Shown here piece after piece: positions 30,734-41,958 of a DNA stretch of 64,000 nucleotides. The stretch covers positions 96,001-160,000 of the forward strand of contig CBDDEL010000011.1 in assembly GCA_965226885.1 (NCBI GenBank), read 5' to 3'. Position 1 is the stretch's first letter. The number at the start of each line of letters is the position of its first letter. Made by a program: the position numbers and the translations under genes. The stretch comes from Opitutales bacterium (lineage in GTDB: Bacteria; Verrucomicrobiota; Verrucomicrobiia; Opitutales; UBA2987). The notes beneath the pieces were generated by a model that saw only the letters and a list, made by a program, of their open reading frames with translations, was not told the DNA's origin and searched no databases.

Positions 30734-32893
30734 ATGAGCATAGCTGCAACCATTTCTCCTGCGAACTCCAAAGATCGCCGGACCCCACTGGAGTATACCC
30801 GCAATATCGGTATTGCGGCCCATATCGACGCAGGCAAAACCACCACCACCGAACGGATGCTCTACTATACAGGAGTGGTCCACAAAATCGGTGAAGTGCA
30901 TGATGGTAATGCCACCACCGACTGGATGGAGCAGGAGCGCGAACGCGGCATCACCATCACTTCTGCAGCCATTTCTTGCGATTGGACCACCCGCGACGGG
31001 CCTTTCAGTGGTATCAGACACAAGATCAATATCATCGATACGCCCGGCCATGTCGATTTTACGGCAGAAGTCGAGCGGTCGCTGCGGGTTCTCGATGGCG
31101 CGGTAGGCGTATTTTGTGCGGTAGCCGGTGTTCAACCCCAGTCGGAAACCGTCTGGCGTCAAATGGACAAATACAAAGTGCCTCGGATTGCATTCATCAA
31201 TAAAATGGATCGAACCGGGGCTGATTTTTTTGGCGCAGTAGAGGATATCCGTAAGAAGTTGGGCGGCAACGCCCACCCGATCTATTTGCCCATCGGGGCC
31301 GAGGATCAATTTACGGGCCTGGTTGACCTGGTTACCATGAAAGCCCACCATTACAGCGCAGACGATCCGATGGGAATGGAATACGAAACCACCGAGGTTC
31401 CCGCCGACATGGTTGACCTGGCTTCGAAATACCGGGAGGCCCTCATTGAGGCGCTGGCCGATTTTGACGATGTCTTGGCCGAAAAATTTCTTGAAGGGGC
31501 GGAGGTGGAAGAGGGTGAAATCAAGGCGGCCGTGCGCAAAGCCACCGAGTCCCTCGAATTTCTAGGGGTCCTGCCCGGTACCGCATTTAAAAACAAGGGC
31601 GTGCAAATGCTCATGGATTGCATTGTAGACTACCTGCCCAACCCGCTCGACGTCCCCCCCATGGTCGGCCATTTGGACGATGGCGAAAGCCAGATGGAAA
31701 TTAAACCGGACGATGCGGCCGATTTAGCCGGGCTGGCCTTCAAGCTGGCCACCGATCCCTACGTGGGCAAACTCGTGTTTTTCCGGATTTACCAGGGCGA
31801 ACTGAGAAAAGGCAGCACACTTTACAATCCCCGCACCCGCCGTAAGGAACGCATCAGCCGTCTGATGGTTATGAAGGCCGATGCCCGCAAAGATATCGAA
31901 GTTGCTTATTCCGGCGACATTTGCGCCATCATCGGGGCCAAAGACATTATTACAGGGGACACCCTCTGCACCAGGGACCTCGATGTCCGGCTGGAGCCGC
32001 CCACTTTTCCGGATCCCGTTCTGTCGATGTCAATCGAGCCCGCCACCAAGGCCGACCAGGAAAAATTGTCTATGGCCTTGCAGCGCCTGGCCGAAGAAGA
32101 TCCCACATTTGTTGTGCGCCACGATGAGGAAACCGGGCAAACCATCATTGCCGGTATGGGCGAACTGCACCTCGATATCCTGCGCGACCGCCTCTTCCGG
32201 GAGTTTAAAGTCCAGGCCGATGCGGGCAAACCGCAGATCGCCTACCGCGAGGCCATCTTCAAAAAAGCCAAAGGGGTGGGCAAATTTGTTCGCCAAAGCG
32301 GTGGCCGCGGACAGTATGGGCATGCCGAAATTATACTCGAACCTGTGTCCCGTGGAGATGGCTACGAATTTGAAAACAAGATCGTTGGCGGGGTAATACC
32401 CAAAGAATACATCAAGCCGACCGCGAGGGGCATCCTGGAAGCTGCCAAAAATGGTGTCATCGCCGGGTATCCGGTGATCGATTTTAAGGTCCAGCTCGTT
32501 TACGGGAGTTTCCACGAAGTGGACTCCTCTGAATTAGCATTTAAGATGGCCGGTATTTTCGCCTTCAAGGAAGCCATGAAAAATGCCGACCCGGCCATTC
32601 TGGAACCCATCATGAAAGCGGAAGTGACCACCCCGGATGAATCCCAGGGGGACATCATGGGCGACCTCACGCGCCGCCGGGGGCAGATCCAGGGCATGGA
32701 AACAAAGGGTAATTTAACCACCATTACAGCCCATGTTCCGCTGGAAACCATGTTCGGTTACGCCACCGATGTGCGCTCGCTTTCCAAGGGGCGCGCCTCG
32801 TATTCGATGGAGCCGTCTCATTTTGAAAAGGTTCCCGCCCGCATGGAACAAAAAATTGTCGAATCCTTCACCCGCGAACCCGCCCGCACCTAG
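30734..32893 (+). CDS. fusA: Elongation factor G
   Basis: [34 protein letters not shown]. Confidence 0.99.
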   Translation: MSIAATISPANSKDRRTPLEYTRNIGIAAHIDAGKTTTTERMLYYTGVVHKIGEVHDGNATTDWMEQERERGITITSAAISCDWTTRDGPFSGIRHKINIIDTPGHVDFTAEVERSLRVLDGAVGVFCAVAGVQPQSETVWRQMDKYKVPRIAFINKMDRTGADFFGAVEDIRKKLGGNAHPIYLPIGAEDQFTGLVDLVTMKAHHYSADDPMGMEYETTEVPADMVDLASKYREALIEALADFDDVLAEKFLEGAEVEEGEIKAAVRKATESLEFLGVLPGTAFKNKGVQMLMDCIVDYLPNPLDVPPMVGHLDDGESQMEIKPDDAADLAGLAFKLATDPYVGKLVFFRIYQGELRKGSTLYNPRTRRKERISRLMVMKADARKDIEVAYSGDICAIIGAKDIITGDTLCTRDLDVRLEPPTFPDPVLSMSIEPATKADQEKLSMALQRLAEEDPTFVVRHDEETGQTIIAGMGELHLDILRDRLFREFKVQADAGKPQIAYREAIFKKAKGVGKFVRQSGGRGQYGHAEIILEPVSRGDGYEFENKIVGGVIPKEYIKPTARGILEAAKNGVIAGYPVIDFKVQLVYGSFHEVDSSELAFKMAGIFAFKEAMKNADPAILEPIMKAEVTTPDESQGDIMGDLTRRRGQIQGMETKGNLTTITAHVPLETMFGYATDVRSLSKGRASYSMEPSHFEKVPARMEQKIVESFTREPART

Positions 32894-32916
32894 ACCTTGA
32901 CCCGGAATCAAACCCA

Positions 32917-33225
32917 ATGACTGGACAGAGAATACGCATTAAACTCAAAGGCTACGATTACCGTGTCATCGACCAGTCTGCCACTGATATCGTGGATACG
33001 GCCAAGCGATCCGGAGCGCGCGTTTCCGGCCCCGTGCCCCTGCCCACCCGAATCGAAAAAATCACCGTCAACCGTTCCCCTCATGTTGACAAAAAGTCCA
33101 TGGAGCAGTTTGAGATGCGCACCCACAAACGCCTTATCGACATTATCGAACCGACCGCCCAGACGGTTGACGAACTGAAAAAGCTCAACCTCCCGGCCGG
33201 GGTGGATATTACCATCAGTGTTTGA
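32917..33225 (+). CDS. rpsJ: 30S ribosomal protein S10
   Basis: [25 protein letters not shown]. Confidence 0.98.
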   Translation: MTGQRIRIKLKGYDYRVIDQSATDIVDTAKRSGARVSGPVPLPTRIEKITVNRSPHVDKKSMEQFEMRTHKRLIDIIEPTAQTVDELKKLNLPAGVDITISV

Positions 33226-33265
33226 GGAAACGGCTCATTAATCGAATAAATATTTTTTAACACCC

Positions 33266-33907
33266 ATGAATTTTACACTCCTAGGCAAAAAAATCGGCAT
33301 GACGCAGATTTACAACGAGGAAAACCAGCTCGTCCCGGTAACGGTGATCGAAGCCGGCCCATGCCCCGTCACCCAGGTCAAGACTGTCCAGAGCGATGGC
33401 TACAATTCAATCCAGGTAGGTTTTCGCGATAAAAAACCCTTTCGCACCAACAAGGCCATGAGCGGGCATTTCAAAAAACACGGAACCGCTCCCACCGCCC
33501 TCCAGACCGAAGTTCGCTGCACTCAGGAGCCCGAATACAAGAGTGGGGAAATCCTCACCGTGGCCGGTTTCAACGATGTGCCCATGGTGGACGTTATTGC
33601 CGTGAGCAAAGGCCGCGGTTTCCAAGGTGTGGTCAAACGCTGGGGTTTTAACGGCGGCCCCGCTTCCCACGGCTCTATGATGCACCGCCGGGGGGGGTCC
33701 TATGGCCAGTGCCAATGGCCGGGCAAGGTTTATAAAGGCCGCAAGATGCCCGGCCACATGGGCAGCAAACGGCGCACCGTGCAGAACCTTAAAATTATCC
33801 AGATTTTGGAGGAGAAAAACCTGCTCCTGGTCAAAGGCAGCGTACCCGGCCCCAACGGAGCGTCCATTCTTGTTCGCGCCGCCAAAAAAATCCGCAAATC
33901 CGCCTGA
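33266..33907 (+). CDS. rplC: 50S ribosomal protein L3
   Basis: [27 protein letters not shown]. Confidence 0.98.
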   Translation: MNFTLLGKKIGMTQIYNEENQLVPVTVIEAGPCPVTQVKTVQSDGYNSIQVGFRDKKPFRTNKAMSGHFKKHGTAPTALQTEVRCTQEPEYKSGEILTVAGFNDVPMVDVIAVSKGRGFQGVVKRWGFNGGPASHGSMMHRRGGSYGQCQWPGKVYKGRKMPGHMGSKRRTVQNLKIIQILEEKNLLLVKGSVPGPNGASILVRAAKKIRKSA

Positions 33908-33933
33908 AACCTCCTCTTTCCCACTTTGAAGCC

Positions 33934-34581
33934 ATGAAATTACGATATTATGAAACCGACGGCGCTGTAGGCGGGGAAAAGGATTATAATATACCCGAGT
34001 ATGAGGGTGACAAAGGCGTGCAGGCTTTGCGCCAGGTCATCATCGCCTACCAGGCCAACCAGCGCCAAGGCAATGCCTCCACGAAATTGAGGAGCGAGGT
34101 GAGCGGCAGCGGCAAGAAACCCTTCCGCCAAAAAGGCACCGGATCGGCCCGCGCAGGCAGCCGCCGTTCCCCCATCTGGCGCGGAGGCGGTATCGTTCAC
34201 GGCCCGAAGCCCCGCGATTTCGGGCAAAAGATAAACAAGAAAATGAAGTCCCTGGCATTTGGGAGGGCGCTCTTCGAACGGGCCAGCGAGGGCGATATAG
34301 AAGTCATCAAGCAGTTCGAGCTGCCCGCAGCCAAAACCCGCCACTTCCACAGCCTTCTCAACAAAATAATTCCCGAGGGCGATGTGCTCCTGGTCGATGA
34401 AAATTTCAGCGATGACAACATCATGGCGGCGCGCAACATCCAACGCGTTTTAATGACCGATGCCGCTTCCCTGAGCGCATTCGATTTGTGCCTTTTCGAC
34501 AAAATTCTTTTTACCGAATCCGGTATCGAAATCATAATCTCCCGCGCCGCCGGGTCTTCCAATACATCCTCATCGTCATGA
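33934..34581 (+). CDS. rplD: 50S ribosomal protein L4
   Basis: KKPFRQKGTGSARAGS, GGGIVHGPKPR. Confidence 0.97.
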   Translation: MKLRYYETDGAVGGEKDYNIPEYEGDKGVQALRQVIIAYQANQRQGNASTKLRSEVSGSGKKPFRQKGTGSARAGSRRSPIWRGGGIVHGPKPRDFGQKINKKMKSLAFGRALFERASEGDIEVIKQFELPAAKTRHFHSLLNKIIPEGDVLLVDENFSDDNIMAARNIQRVLMTDAASLSAFDLCLFDKILFTESGIEIIISRAAGSSNTSSSS

Positions 34582-34868
34582 TTCTGGCTGACCGCATATT
34601 GCAGGAAATTATTGTCACGGAAAAAGCGACCGAGCTTTCTTCCCACCAAAACAAGTACACCTTTCAGGTGCACCCTTCGGCCAACAGTATAAGCATACGC
34701 CAGGCGGTGGAAAAGGTTTTCGCAGTGAAGGTCACCAAAGTGAACGTCATCAATGTTAAACCCAAAGCCAAGAGGGACCGCTCCCGCGGCGGACGCCTAG
34801 GTTACAAAGCAAGGGTGAAAAAAGCGATTGTTTCCCTCGCGGAAGGCGAAACGATCGAAGTTATTTAA
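34578..34868 (+). CDS. rplW: 50S ribosomal protein L23
   Basis: ATG at 34578 overlaps rplD stop; IVTEKA, KYTFQV, KKAIVSL. Confidence 0.94.
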   Translation: MILADRILQEIIVTEKATELSSHQNKYTFQVHPSANSISIRQAVEKVFAVKVTKVNVINVKPKAKRDRSRGGRLGYKARVKKAIVSLAEGETIEVI

Positions 34869-34924
34869 TGTAAAGATTTTGATACTCTGCCGGACAGATA
34901 CCCGAAACAAATTTTAAAAAAGCC

Positions 34925-35767
34925 ATGCCAATAGTTGAACAGAGACCATTGACCCCGGGACAGCGCTTCCACGTCAGGAACAAGCGAATCGTTTCCAAGA
35001 AGCGCCCCGAGAAAAAACTTACCGAGTCGAGAAAACGGACTGGGGGGCGCAACTGCTATGGCCGCATCACTTCGCGCCGTCGAGGCGGCGGGCATAAGAA
35101 GCTCTATCGTCGGATCGATTTCAAACGCCTTAAATTCGATGTTCCGGCGCGAGTAAAATCCATCGAATACGATCCCAACCGCACGGCCAACATCGCCTTG
35201 TTGGCTTTTCTCGACGGCGAGAAGCGTTATATCCTGGCCCCCCAAGGCATCAAGGAAGGCGATACTTTAATAAATTATAAGGAAGACGGAGAATACAAGA
35301 TCGGCAATAACATGCCGTTGCGTTCGATTCCGCCTGCCACCAGGGTGCACTGCATAGAAATACTGCCGGGCAAGGGCGCCCAAATGGCACGTTCCGCCGG
35401 TGCCTCGGCCCAGCTCGTCAATATTGACGGCAATCGGGCCACCTTGAAAATGCCGAGCGGAGAAATCCGGCTGGTCCCCGCCGATTGCCGGGCCACCATT
35501 GGCACGGTCGGCAATGCCACCCATCAACGCGCCAATATCGGCAAAGCCGGGCGCAACCGCTGGAAGGGCCGCCGGCCCCGTGTGCGCGGCGTGGCCATGA
35601 ATCCGGTGGACCACCCCATGGGCGGTGGAGAAGGCCGCACTTCCGGGGGAGGTCACCCCGTTTCCCCTTGGGGGCAACTGTCCAAAGGTTTTCCCACCCG
35701 CTTGAAGAAAAAATCGACCAATAAAATGATTCTCATCCGTCGCGACGGACGCAGAATGAAACGTTAA
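34925..35767 (+). CDS. rplB: 50S ribosomal protein L2
   Basis: [24 protein letters not shown]. Confidence 0.99.
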   Translation: MPIVEQRPLTPGQRFHVRNKRIVSKKRPEKKLTESRKRTGGRNCYGRITSRRRGGGHKKLYRRIDFKRLKFDVPARVKSIEYDPNRTANIALLAFLDGEKRYILAPQGIKEGDTLINYKEDGEYKIGNNMPLRSIPPATRVHCIEILPGKGAQMARSAGASAQLVNIDGNRATLKMPSGEIRLVPADCRATIGTVGNATHQRANIGKAGRNRWKGRRPRVRGVAMNPVDHPMGGGEGRTSGGGHPVSPWGQLSKGFPTRLKKKSTNKMILIRRDGRRMKR

Positions 35768-35816
35768 CCTACTTCTAATTTATTTTAATCCATTCTTCGA
35801 AAATTGGAGAGCAGCC

Positions 35817-36089
35817 ATGTCCCGTTCAGTAAAAAAAGGTTATTTTGTCGATCCGTCACTTATGGACAAAGTCCGCAAGGCGCAGTTGGAGGATTCACGC
35901 CGCCCGATTCGCACCTGGTCGCGCCGCTCCACCATAACCCCGGAATTTGTCAATTTGAATTTTGAAATCCATAATGGAAAAATTTTTATCCCGCTTTTCG
36001 TAACCGAAAACATGGTGGGCCATAAAATGGGTGAATTTTCCCCTACGCGGACCTTCAGGACGCACAATCCTCACACCCAGAAACATTAA
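35817..36089 (+). CDS. rpsS: 30S ribosomal protein S19
   Basis: [20 protein letters not shown]. Confidence 0.98.
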   Translation: MSRSVKKGYFVDPSLMDKVRKAQLEDSRRPIRTWSRRSTITPEFVNLNFEIHNGKIFIPLFVTENMVGHKMGEFSPTRTFRTHNPHTQKH

Positions 36090-36119
36090 CCGGTAATCTC
36101 CGAGAACCCATTTTCCTCC

Positions 36120-36494
36120 ATGCAAGTCCAGGCTTTAACCAAATTCGTCCGAATGTCGCCCAAAAAAGTGCGCCAGGTCGCCCGTGAGATCCAGGGCCGC
36201 GATGCTAATGAGGCCCTCGAATTGCTTAACTTCATACCGCGAAAATCAGCCCGCCTCATTCGTAGAACCCTCGCCTCCGCCGTGGCTAACGCCGAGAATA
36301 GCAACAACCTCTCCTCGCACAATCTGGTTGTAAAGACCGCCGTGGTGGAGGAAGCTCCCACCATCAAACGATTTCGGGCCGGTGCCCGCGGAATGGCCAA
36401 ACCGATTAAAAAGCGCAACAGCCACATCCGCATTATTCTCTCTGAGAAAGAGGAGGAAACCGAAAAAACGAATAAAATGGATTCCGATAGCTGA
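36120..36494 (+). CDS. rplV: 50S ribosomal protein L22
   Basis: RMSPKKVR, SAVANAE, RAGARG. Confidence 0.97.
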   Translation: MQVQALTKFVRMSPKKVRQVAREIQGRDANEALELLNFIPRKSARLIRRTLASAVANAENSNNLSSHNLVVKTAVVEEAPTIKRFRAGARGMAKPIKKRNSHIRIILSEKEEETEKTNKMDSDS

Positions 36495-36516
36495 TTTCGT
36501 TTAAAAATTAAGATAC

Positions 36517-37155
36517 ATGGGACAAAAAGTACATCCAACAAGCTTTCGCCTTCAAGTCCGTCGCGACTGGGAGTCGCGCTGGTATGCCGAAAAAGAAGAG
36601 TTCGGTGCATTTATTCTGGAGGATTATAAAATCCGTGAATTGATCACCAAAAAGCTGCGCTACGCCGCGGTTCCAAGAATTTTCATCGAAAGGGCGGGAA
36701 GTCGCATCCGGGTCAAGATATTTACAGCGCGTCCCGGCATCGTTATCGGCCGCAAGGGCCAGGAGCTGGAAAAAATCAAGGAGAGCCTTTTCAAATTGGT
36801 GAAGAAAGATATCCTGCTCGACATCCAGGAAGTGAAAAAACCCGACCTGGTGGCGCAGTTGGTAGCGGAAAATGTGGCACTGCAGCTGGAACGGCGTATC
36901 GCCTTTCGCCGGGCCATGAAAAAAGCCATCCAAACCTCCATGAGCCTTGGCGCCGAAGGTATCCGCGTACAGGTCTCCGGCCGGTTGGGGGGCACAGACA
37001 TCGCCCGCACGGAAATGCAGCGCGCCGGTCGTGTGCCCTTGCATACCCTACGCGAAAACATCAATTACGGCTCTATCGAAGCCCACACGGTTTACGGCGT
37101 CATTGGGGTCAAGTGCTGGATTTGCACGACCGCAGAGGATGTACCCTTGAGCTGA
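36517..37155 (+). CDS. rpsC: 30S ribosomal protein S3
   Basis: MGQKVHP, ARPGIVIGRKG, GRVPLHTLR. Confidence 0.98.
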   Translation: MGQKVHPTSFRLQVRRDWESRWYAEKEEFGAFILEDYKIRELITKKLRYAAVPRIFIERAGSRIRVKIFTARPGIVIGRKGQELEKIKESLFKLVKKDILLDIQEVKKPDLVAQLVAENVALQLERRIAFRRAMKKAIQTSMSLGAEGIRVQVSGRLGGTDIARTEMQRAGRVPLHTLRENINYGSIEAHTVYGVIGVKCWICTTAEDVPLS

Positions 37156-37200
37156 TCCGAAAATTTTTAACACTTACATTAAAACTAATTTTTAACCGCT

Positions 37201-37617
37201 ATGGCGCTTTCACCATCCAGATCCAAATACCGCAAATCGCAACGAGGCCGCGTACGCGGCGTGGCCAAACGCGGCTGCAATCTCGCATTTGGCGATTATG
37301 GCATTCAAAGCCTGGATCGCGCCTGGATCAGCGCTTCCCAGATCGAGGCCTGCCGCGTTGCCATCAATCGCAATCTCAAGCGCAAGGGCAAGGTTTGGAT
37401 TCGTATTTTCCCCCACAAACCGGTATCCAAGAAACCGGCGGAAACCCGAATGGGCAAAGGAAAGGGCGCTACCGATCGCTTTGTTGCCATCGTAAAACCG
37501 GGAACGGTTCTCTTTGAAGTTTCAGGGGCAAACCTGGCTATCGCCCGCCAATCGCTCAGCCTGGCCGATGGCAAATTGCCCATCCGCTGCCGGTTTTTAC
37601 AAAGGGAGGAGCAATAA
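37201..37617 (+). CDS. rplP: 50S ribosomal protein L16
   Basis: WIRIFPHKP, ETRMGKGKG. Confidence 0.98.
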   Translation: MALSPSRSKYRKSQRGRVRGVAKRGCNLAFGDYGIQSLDRAWISASQIEACRVAINRNLKRKGKVWIRIFPHKPVSKKPAETRMGKGKGATDRFVAIVKPGTVLFEVSGANLAIARQSLSLADGKLPIRCRFLQREEQ

Positions 37618-37644
37618 AACAGGAAACTTTCGAATCAGCCAGCC

Positions 37645-37848
37645 ATGAAGACCAATGAAATCAAAGAACTCTCCATTCTGGAATTGGAGAACAAATTGCG
37701 GGAAACCCGCGATGAGCTGTTGCATTTACGTCTCCGCAAAGAGACCGGACAAGTGGACCGGCCACACCTCTTGCGGGAAATGCGGCGGGATATCGCCCGG
37801 CTGAAAACCTACTTGCAATTGAAAAATGCCGCCACCGGACAAAACTGA
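37645..37848 (+). CDS. rpmC: 50S ribosomal protein L29
   Basis: Position; RRDIARLKT. Confidence 0.95.
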   Translation: MKTNEIKELSILELENKLRETRDELLHLRLRKETGQVDRPHLLREMRRDIARLKTYLQLKNAATGQN

Positions 37849-37888
37849 ACCTTTTCTGTATTTTATTAATTATTAAGCGCCACCAATA

Positions 37889-38155
37889 ATGATGCCCAGC
37901 CAAACCAGAAACAAACGCAAAATCATCACCGGAACGGTTACCAGCCGCTCCGGCCAAAAGAGCGTGAAGGTGACTTACGCTTACAAGATTTCGCACCCTC
38001 GCTACATCAAGCAAATCAACCGCAGAACGGTGGTCCATGCCCATGACGAAAATAACGAATGCTCTCTCGGCGATCAGGTGGAAATCATGGAGACCCGTCC
38101 CATGAGCAAACTCAAACGCTGGAGAATCAACCGGATTATCAGCAAGTCAGAGTAG
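37889..38155 (+). CDS. rpsQ: 30S ribosomal protein S17
   Basis: [21 protein letters not shown]. Confidence 0.96.
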   Translation: MMPSQTRNKRKIITGTVTSRSGQKSVKVTYAYKISHPRYIKQINRRTVVHAHDENNECSLGDQVEIMETRPMSKLKRWRINRIISKSE

Positions 38156-38210
38156 CGGATCGACAAAGATTGATGGGAAAAGATTTTTTCAAACGGAAGA
38201 AAGAAGCACT

Positions 38211-38576
38211 ATGTTACAATCACTCAGCAGACTCGAGATAGCCGATAATACGGGGGCCAAATCGGCCCGCATGATCCGGCGTTTGGGGCAGAACAAAAAA
38301 ACCGCCTCAATCGGTGATATTATCGTGGCCAACGTGAAGGAAAGCACCCCCGACGCCTCGGTCAAAAAAGGCACCGTGGTGCGGGCTGTGGTGGTGCGAA
38401 CCAAGGCCCCAATTCGCCGCAGCGATGGTAGCTACCTGCGCTTTGACAGCAACGCAATCGTCATACTCGACGATAAAAACAACCCGCGCGGAACCCGCAT
38501 ATTCGGGCCTGTCGCCCGTGAGTTGCGGCAAAAGAATTTTATGAAAATTATCAGCCTGGCCCCGGAGGTACTTTAA
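38211..38576 (+). CDS. rplN: 50S ribosomal protein L14
   Basis: [27 protein letters not shown]. Confidence 0.98.
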   Translation: MLQSLSRLEIADNTGAKSARMIRRLGQNKKTASIGDIIVANVKESTPDASVKKGTVVRAVVVRTKAPIRRSDGSYLRFDSNAIVILDDKNNPRGTRIFGPVARELRQKNFMKIISLAPEVL

Positions 38577-38638
38577 TTAACAATTAACCAATTAATCTTC
38601 AGGAAAATCGGAGAAGATCGAAATTTGCGAGCAAGGAA

Positions 38639-38926
38639 ATGAAAAGAAGAGTCAAGACAGGGGACGAAGTGGTGGTAATCTCAGGAGCCAGCCGCGGGGA
38701 CCGGGGGAAAATACTTCAGACCAACCGCCAAACACAGCGGGTGCTCATCGAAGGGGTTAATAAAATGAAACGGCACGAAAAAAGAAAGTCCGAGGAAATA
38801 CCCGGCGGCATCATCGACCGCGAAGCCCCCATTCATATATCGAATGTCATGCTTGCGGAACGCTACGACGCCCGCCGCGCTCTTCTCGATGATTCCGCTG
38901 AGACGGATTCCGGGGATGAAGAATGA
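38639..38926 (+). CDS. rplX: 50S ribosomal protein L24
   Basis: GDEVVVISG KOW motif, EAPIHISNV. Confidence 0.96.
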   Translation: MKRRVKTGDEVVVISGASRGDRGKILQTNRQTQRVLIEGVNKMKRHEKRKSEEIPGGIIDREAPIHISNVMLAERYDARRALLDDSAETDSGDEE

Positions 38927-39059
38927 GAAGGAACTTTTTTTACTTGAAAAATAAAAAACCAGCGCCTTTTATCTCTGGCTTTTTCCACGCATCGGTTAGC
39001 GGGGATAAAGTTATGTATAATATAAAGGCGGTTGCCAATCGGACCGCAGCTGATACGCC

Positions 39060-39608
39060 ATGAGCAAGCCAGTCTTAAAATCAATTTACCTGGAAAAGGT
39101 TCATCCCGAACTGATGAAAAGCCGTGCCTACAAAAATGGGCATCAGATTCCTGTTATCGAGAAAATAGTCATCAATTCCGGGATCAGCGCCCAGGCCGAA
39201 AAAGGTGTCTTGGAAGAGACCGCCCGCGGCATTGGAATGATTGCCGGGCAGAAACCGATAATCATCAAGGCCCGCCGGAGCGTTTCAAATTTCAAATTAC
39301 GGGAAGGTATGCCCATCGGGGTAAAGGTGACGCTCCGCGGCAATGCCATGTATGAATTCATGTACCGCCTGACCAGCGTGGCCCTGCCGGGGATACGCGA
39401 TTTCCGGGGTATATCAACCCGTTTCGATGGAAACGGCAATTATACCCTGGGCATTACCGACCATACCATTTTCCCGGAAATCAATATCGACGGCAGCCGC
39501 CACACTTTCGGGATGGATATCACTTTTGCCACCACCACCCGAGACGATCAAGAGGCGCAGGAATTGCTCAAATTGATGGGCATGCCTTTCCGCCGCTCTA
39601 GTAACTGA
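39060..39608 (+). CDS. rplE: 50S ribosomal protein L5
   Basis: FKLREGMPIGVKVTLR, RDFRG, FDGNGNY. Confidence 0.98.
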   Translation: MSKPVLKSIYLEKVHPELMKSRAYKNGHQIPVIEKIVINSGISAQAEKGVLEETARGIGMIAGQKPIIIKARRSVSNFKLREGMPIGVKVTLRGNAMYEFMYRLTSVALPGIRDFRGISTRFDGNGNYTLGITDHTIFPEINIDGSRHTFGMDITFATTTRDDQEAQELLKLMGMPFRRSSN

Positions 39609-39646
39609 TTTATTAACTCAATCCCAACGATCCTGATTTTCTATTC

Positions 39647-39952
39647 ATGGCCAAAAAAGCAATGGTTCAGCGCGATATCAAGCGCGCCCGCATGGTGAAA
39701 CAATATGCCCCGCAGCGAGCGGAACTGAAACGCATCCTTGCCGATCCGGAAACTTCCGAAGAGGATTTCTATACCGCCCAGCGCAAGTTGACCAAGCTGC
39801 CGCGCAATTCATCCCGTGTGCGCATCAGAAACCGTTGCAGCATAACCGGCCGGCCCCGCGCTTATCTGCGCAAATTTGGACTATCGCGAATCACCTTCCG
39901 CGAACTGGCCTCACAGGGGCGAATTCCGGGAATAACCAAGTCTTCCTGGTAA
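39647..39952 (+). CDS. rpsN: 30S ribosomal protein S14 (101 aa, zinc-independent type)
   Basis: [24 protein letters not shown]. Confidence 0.97.
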   Translation: MAKKAMVQRDIKRARMVKQYAPQRAELKRILADPETSEEDFYTAQRKLTKLPRNSSRVRIRNRCSITGRPRAYLRKFGLSRITFRELASQGRIPGITKSSW

Positions 39953-40010
39953 TTGTAGATTAACCAAGAGCCATCTCTGAGTATTTGAATTAAAATTGGA
40001 ATTTAGAACC

Positions 40011-40403
40011 ATGTCCGACTCGATCAGCGATTTCATAACCATCATCCGGAACGCCTACCTTGCCCGTAAACCCGGTTGCACTGGCAAATATTCCAAGTTG
40101 CACCTGAGCATCGCTCAAATTTTGCAGAAAGAAGGTTATTTGCGTAAAGTTGCCGAATCAACCGACAGCAAGGGGCACCCGGCCATTACCCTCACCCTTA
40201 AATATGTCGATGAGGTTCCCGCCCTGACCGGAATTCGGCGGTGGAGCAAACCAGGCCGCAGACTTTATTACAAATGCGACAAGATTCCCCGCGTCCTGGG
40301 TGGACTGGGAGTCGGAATTTTAACCACTCCCCGGGGCTTGTTGGCGGACCGCGAGGCCAGGCGCCAAAACCTGGGTGGAGAGATGATTTGCACCGTTTGG
40401 TAA
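40011..40403 (+). CDS. rpsH: 30S ribosomal protein S8
   Basis: DSISDFITIIRNA, SKPGRRLY, GGEMICTVW; ATG at 40011. Confidence 0.96.
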   Translation: MSDSISDFITIIRNAYLARKPGCTGKYSKLHLSIAQILQKEGYLRKVAESTDSKGHPAITLTLKYVDEVPALTGIRRWSKPGRRLYYKCDKIPRVLGGLGVGILTTPRGLLADREARRQNLGGEMICTVW

Positions 40404-40434
40404 TTACCAGGAGCAACGGAAAAATAGCAATAGT

Positions 40435-40971
40435 ATGAGCAGAATTGGAAAAGTACCCATCCCCATTCCGGATAAAGTCTCGGTTCAGGCCGAAGACTTG
40501 AAAGTTTCCGTGAAAGGCCCCAAGGGCGCATTGGAAAAAAATTTCAAAGGCCCCATTGAGATCACCGTGGATGATGGAACCGTCAACGTCAAACCCACTG
40601 ATAACAGTCGCTCGGCTCGTGCCATGCATGGAACCGCCCGCTCTATTATCGCCGGTATGGTGCAGGGCGTGGCGGAAGGGTTTTCCAAAAAACTAGAGCT
40701 TGTGGGGGTAGGATTCCGGGCGGTTCTGACCGGGAAAATCCTTGATATGAACCTCGGTTACTCCCATCCCATCAAATATCAAATTCCCGATGGAATCGTC
40801 ATCACCGTTAAAGAGAACACCCTCATAAATGTCGAAGGGCCCGACAAGCAGCTGGTCGGTGAAGTGGCCGCCAGTATCAAAAGCTTTTACCCGGTAGAAC
40901 CCTACAAGGGCAAGGGCGTTCGCATCATTGGCCAGTTCGTCCGCCGCAAAGAGGGCAAGAAGACCGGTTGA
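40435..40971 (+). CDS. rplF: 50S ribosomal protein L6
   Basis: MSRIGK, EPYKGKG, RRKEGK. Confidence 0.98.
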   Translation: MSRIGKVPIPIPDKVSVQAEDLKVSVKGPKGALEKNFKGPIEITVDDGTVNVKPTDNSRSARAMHGTARSIIAGMVQGVAEGFSKKLELVGVGFRAVLTGKILDMNLGYSHPIKYQIPDGIVITVKENTLINVEGPDKQLVGEVAASIKSFYPVEPYKGKGVRIIGQFVRRKEGKKTG

Positions 40972-40980
40972 TCGTGACCG

Positions 40981-41026
40981 GTCAGGATATTTACTGTCAT
41001 GCTGTCAGGATATTTACTGTCATGCT
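40981..41026. repeat. 23-bp tandem duplication covering the rplR start region
   Basis: GTCAGGATATTTACTGTCATGCT x2 (40981, 41004). Confidence 0.95.
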
Positions 41027-41384
41027 TATAGAAAAAAAGAAAAAACTTCGTCAAAAACGCATTTGGCGCATCCGCAAGAAAGTGCGCGGCACGGCCTCGC
41101 GCCCCCGCCTCTGTGTGCACTTCAGCAACAAGCATATTTATGCTCAGGCCATAGACGACGACAGCGGGAAAACCCTCGTTTGCCTGACGTCTCTGGACAA
41201 GGATTTGAAAAAGGAAGGACTGAAAGCCAACCGGGAGTCGGCCGCCAAACTCGGTCAATTATATACTGTCAAAGCCCTCGAAAAAGGCATCTCCAGGGTG
41301 GTCTTCGATCGCAATGGCCGTCTTTACCATGGTGTCGTCAAGGCATTTGCAGAGGCAGCCCGTAAAGGAGGATTGGAATTTTAG
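41022..41384 (+). CDS. rplR: 50S ribosomal protein L18
   Basis: [27 protein letters not shown]; in-frame ATG at 41022. Confidence 0.96.
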   Translation: MLIEKKKKLRQKRIWRIRKKVRGTASRPRLCVHFSNKHIYAQAIDDDSGKTLVCLTSLDKDLKKEGLKANRESAAKLGQLYTVKALEKGISRVVFDRNGRLYHGVVKAFAEAARKGGLEF

Positions 41385-41386
41385 AT

Positions 41387-41908
41387 ATGATAATGAGAAC
41401 AGGTCAATCGAGGAGAGGGCTTAGGTCCAGACCTCCAGTGGTAGAGGAAGCGCCGGAATTCATTGAGAAGGTGGCTTTCATAAATCGTTGCGCCAAAGTC
41501 GTCAAAGGCGGTCGCCGATTCAGTTTTTCGGCTCTCGTTGTGGTGGGTGACGGCAAGGGGCGCGTGGGAGTCGGTTACGGCAAAGCAAAAGAAGTGCCGG
41601 AAGCCATCCGCAAGGGCACCGAAAGGGCGCATAAGCATATGATAAAGATTGAGTTGCGCGGAAATACCATCCCTCACGAAGTCAAGGGAGTGCAGGATGG
41701 AGGCAAGGTCATGCTGAAACCGGCCAGCGCCGGGACGGGCGTCATTGCCGGTGGGTCCGTGCGGCCTGTTCTGGAGGCTGCTGGAATCAAGGATGTGCTC
41801 TCCAAATCGATGGGTTCCAAAAATCATGGGGCAGTCGCCTTCGCCACTTTGAATGCTTTGAAACAACTGCGATCGGCAGACACCATCTACCAACTGAGAA
41901 GAGGCTGA
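41387..41908 (+). CDS. rpsE: 30S ribosomal protein S5
   Basis: [23 protein letters not shown]. Confidence 0.97.
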   Translation: MIMRTGQSRRGLRSRPPVVEEAPEFIEKVAFINRCAKVVKGGRRFSFSALVVVGDGKGRVGVGYGKAKEVPEAIRKGTERAHKHMIKIELRGNTIPHEVKGVQDGGKVMLKPASAGTGVIAGGSVRPVLEAAGIKDVLSKSMGSKNHGAVAFATLNALKQLRSADTIYQLRRG

Positions 41909-41958
41909 TAGCCGATTGCTTTGAGGCTTAGAAAACAAAAATAGAAATTTAAACGAAA

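Noticed and set aside
40968..41021. N-terminal extension of L18 in the ORF track
   Set aside because: Arises from a TTG start reading through the 23-bp duplication; ATG 41022 gives a normal-length L18
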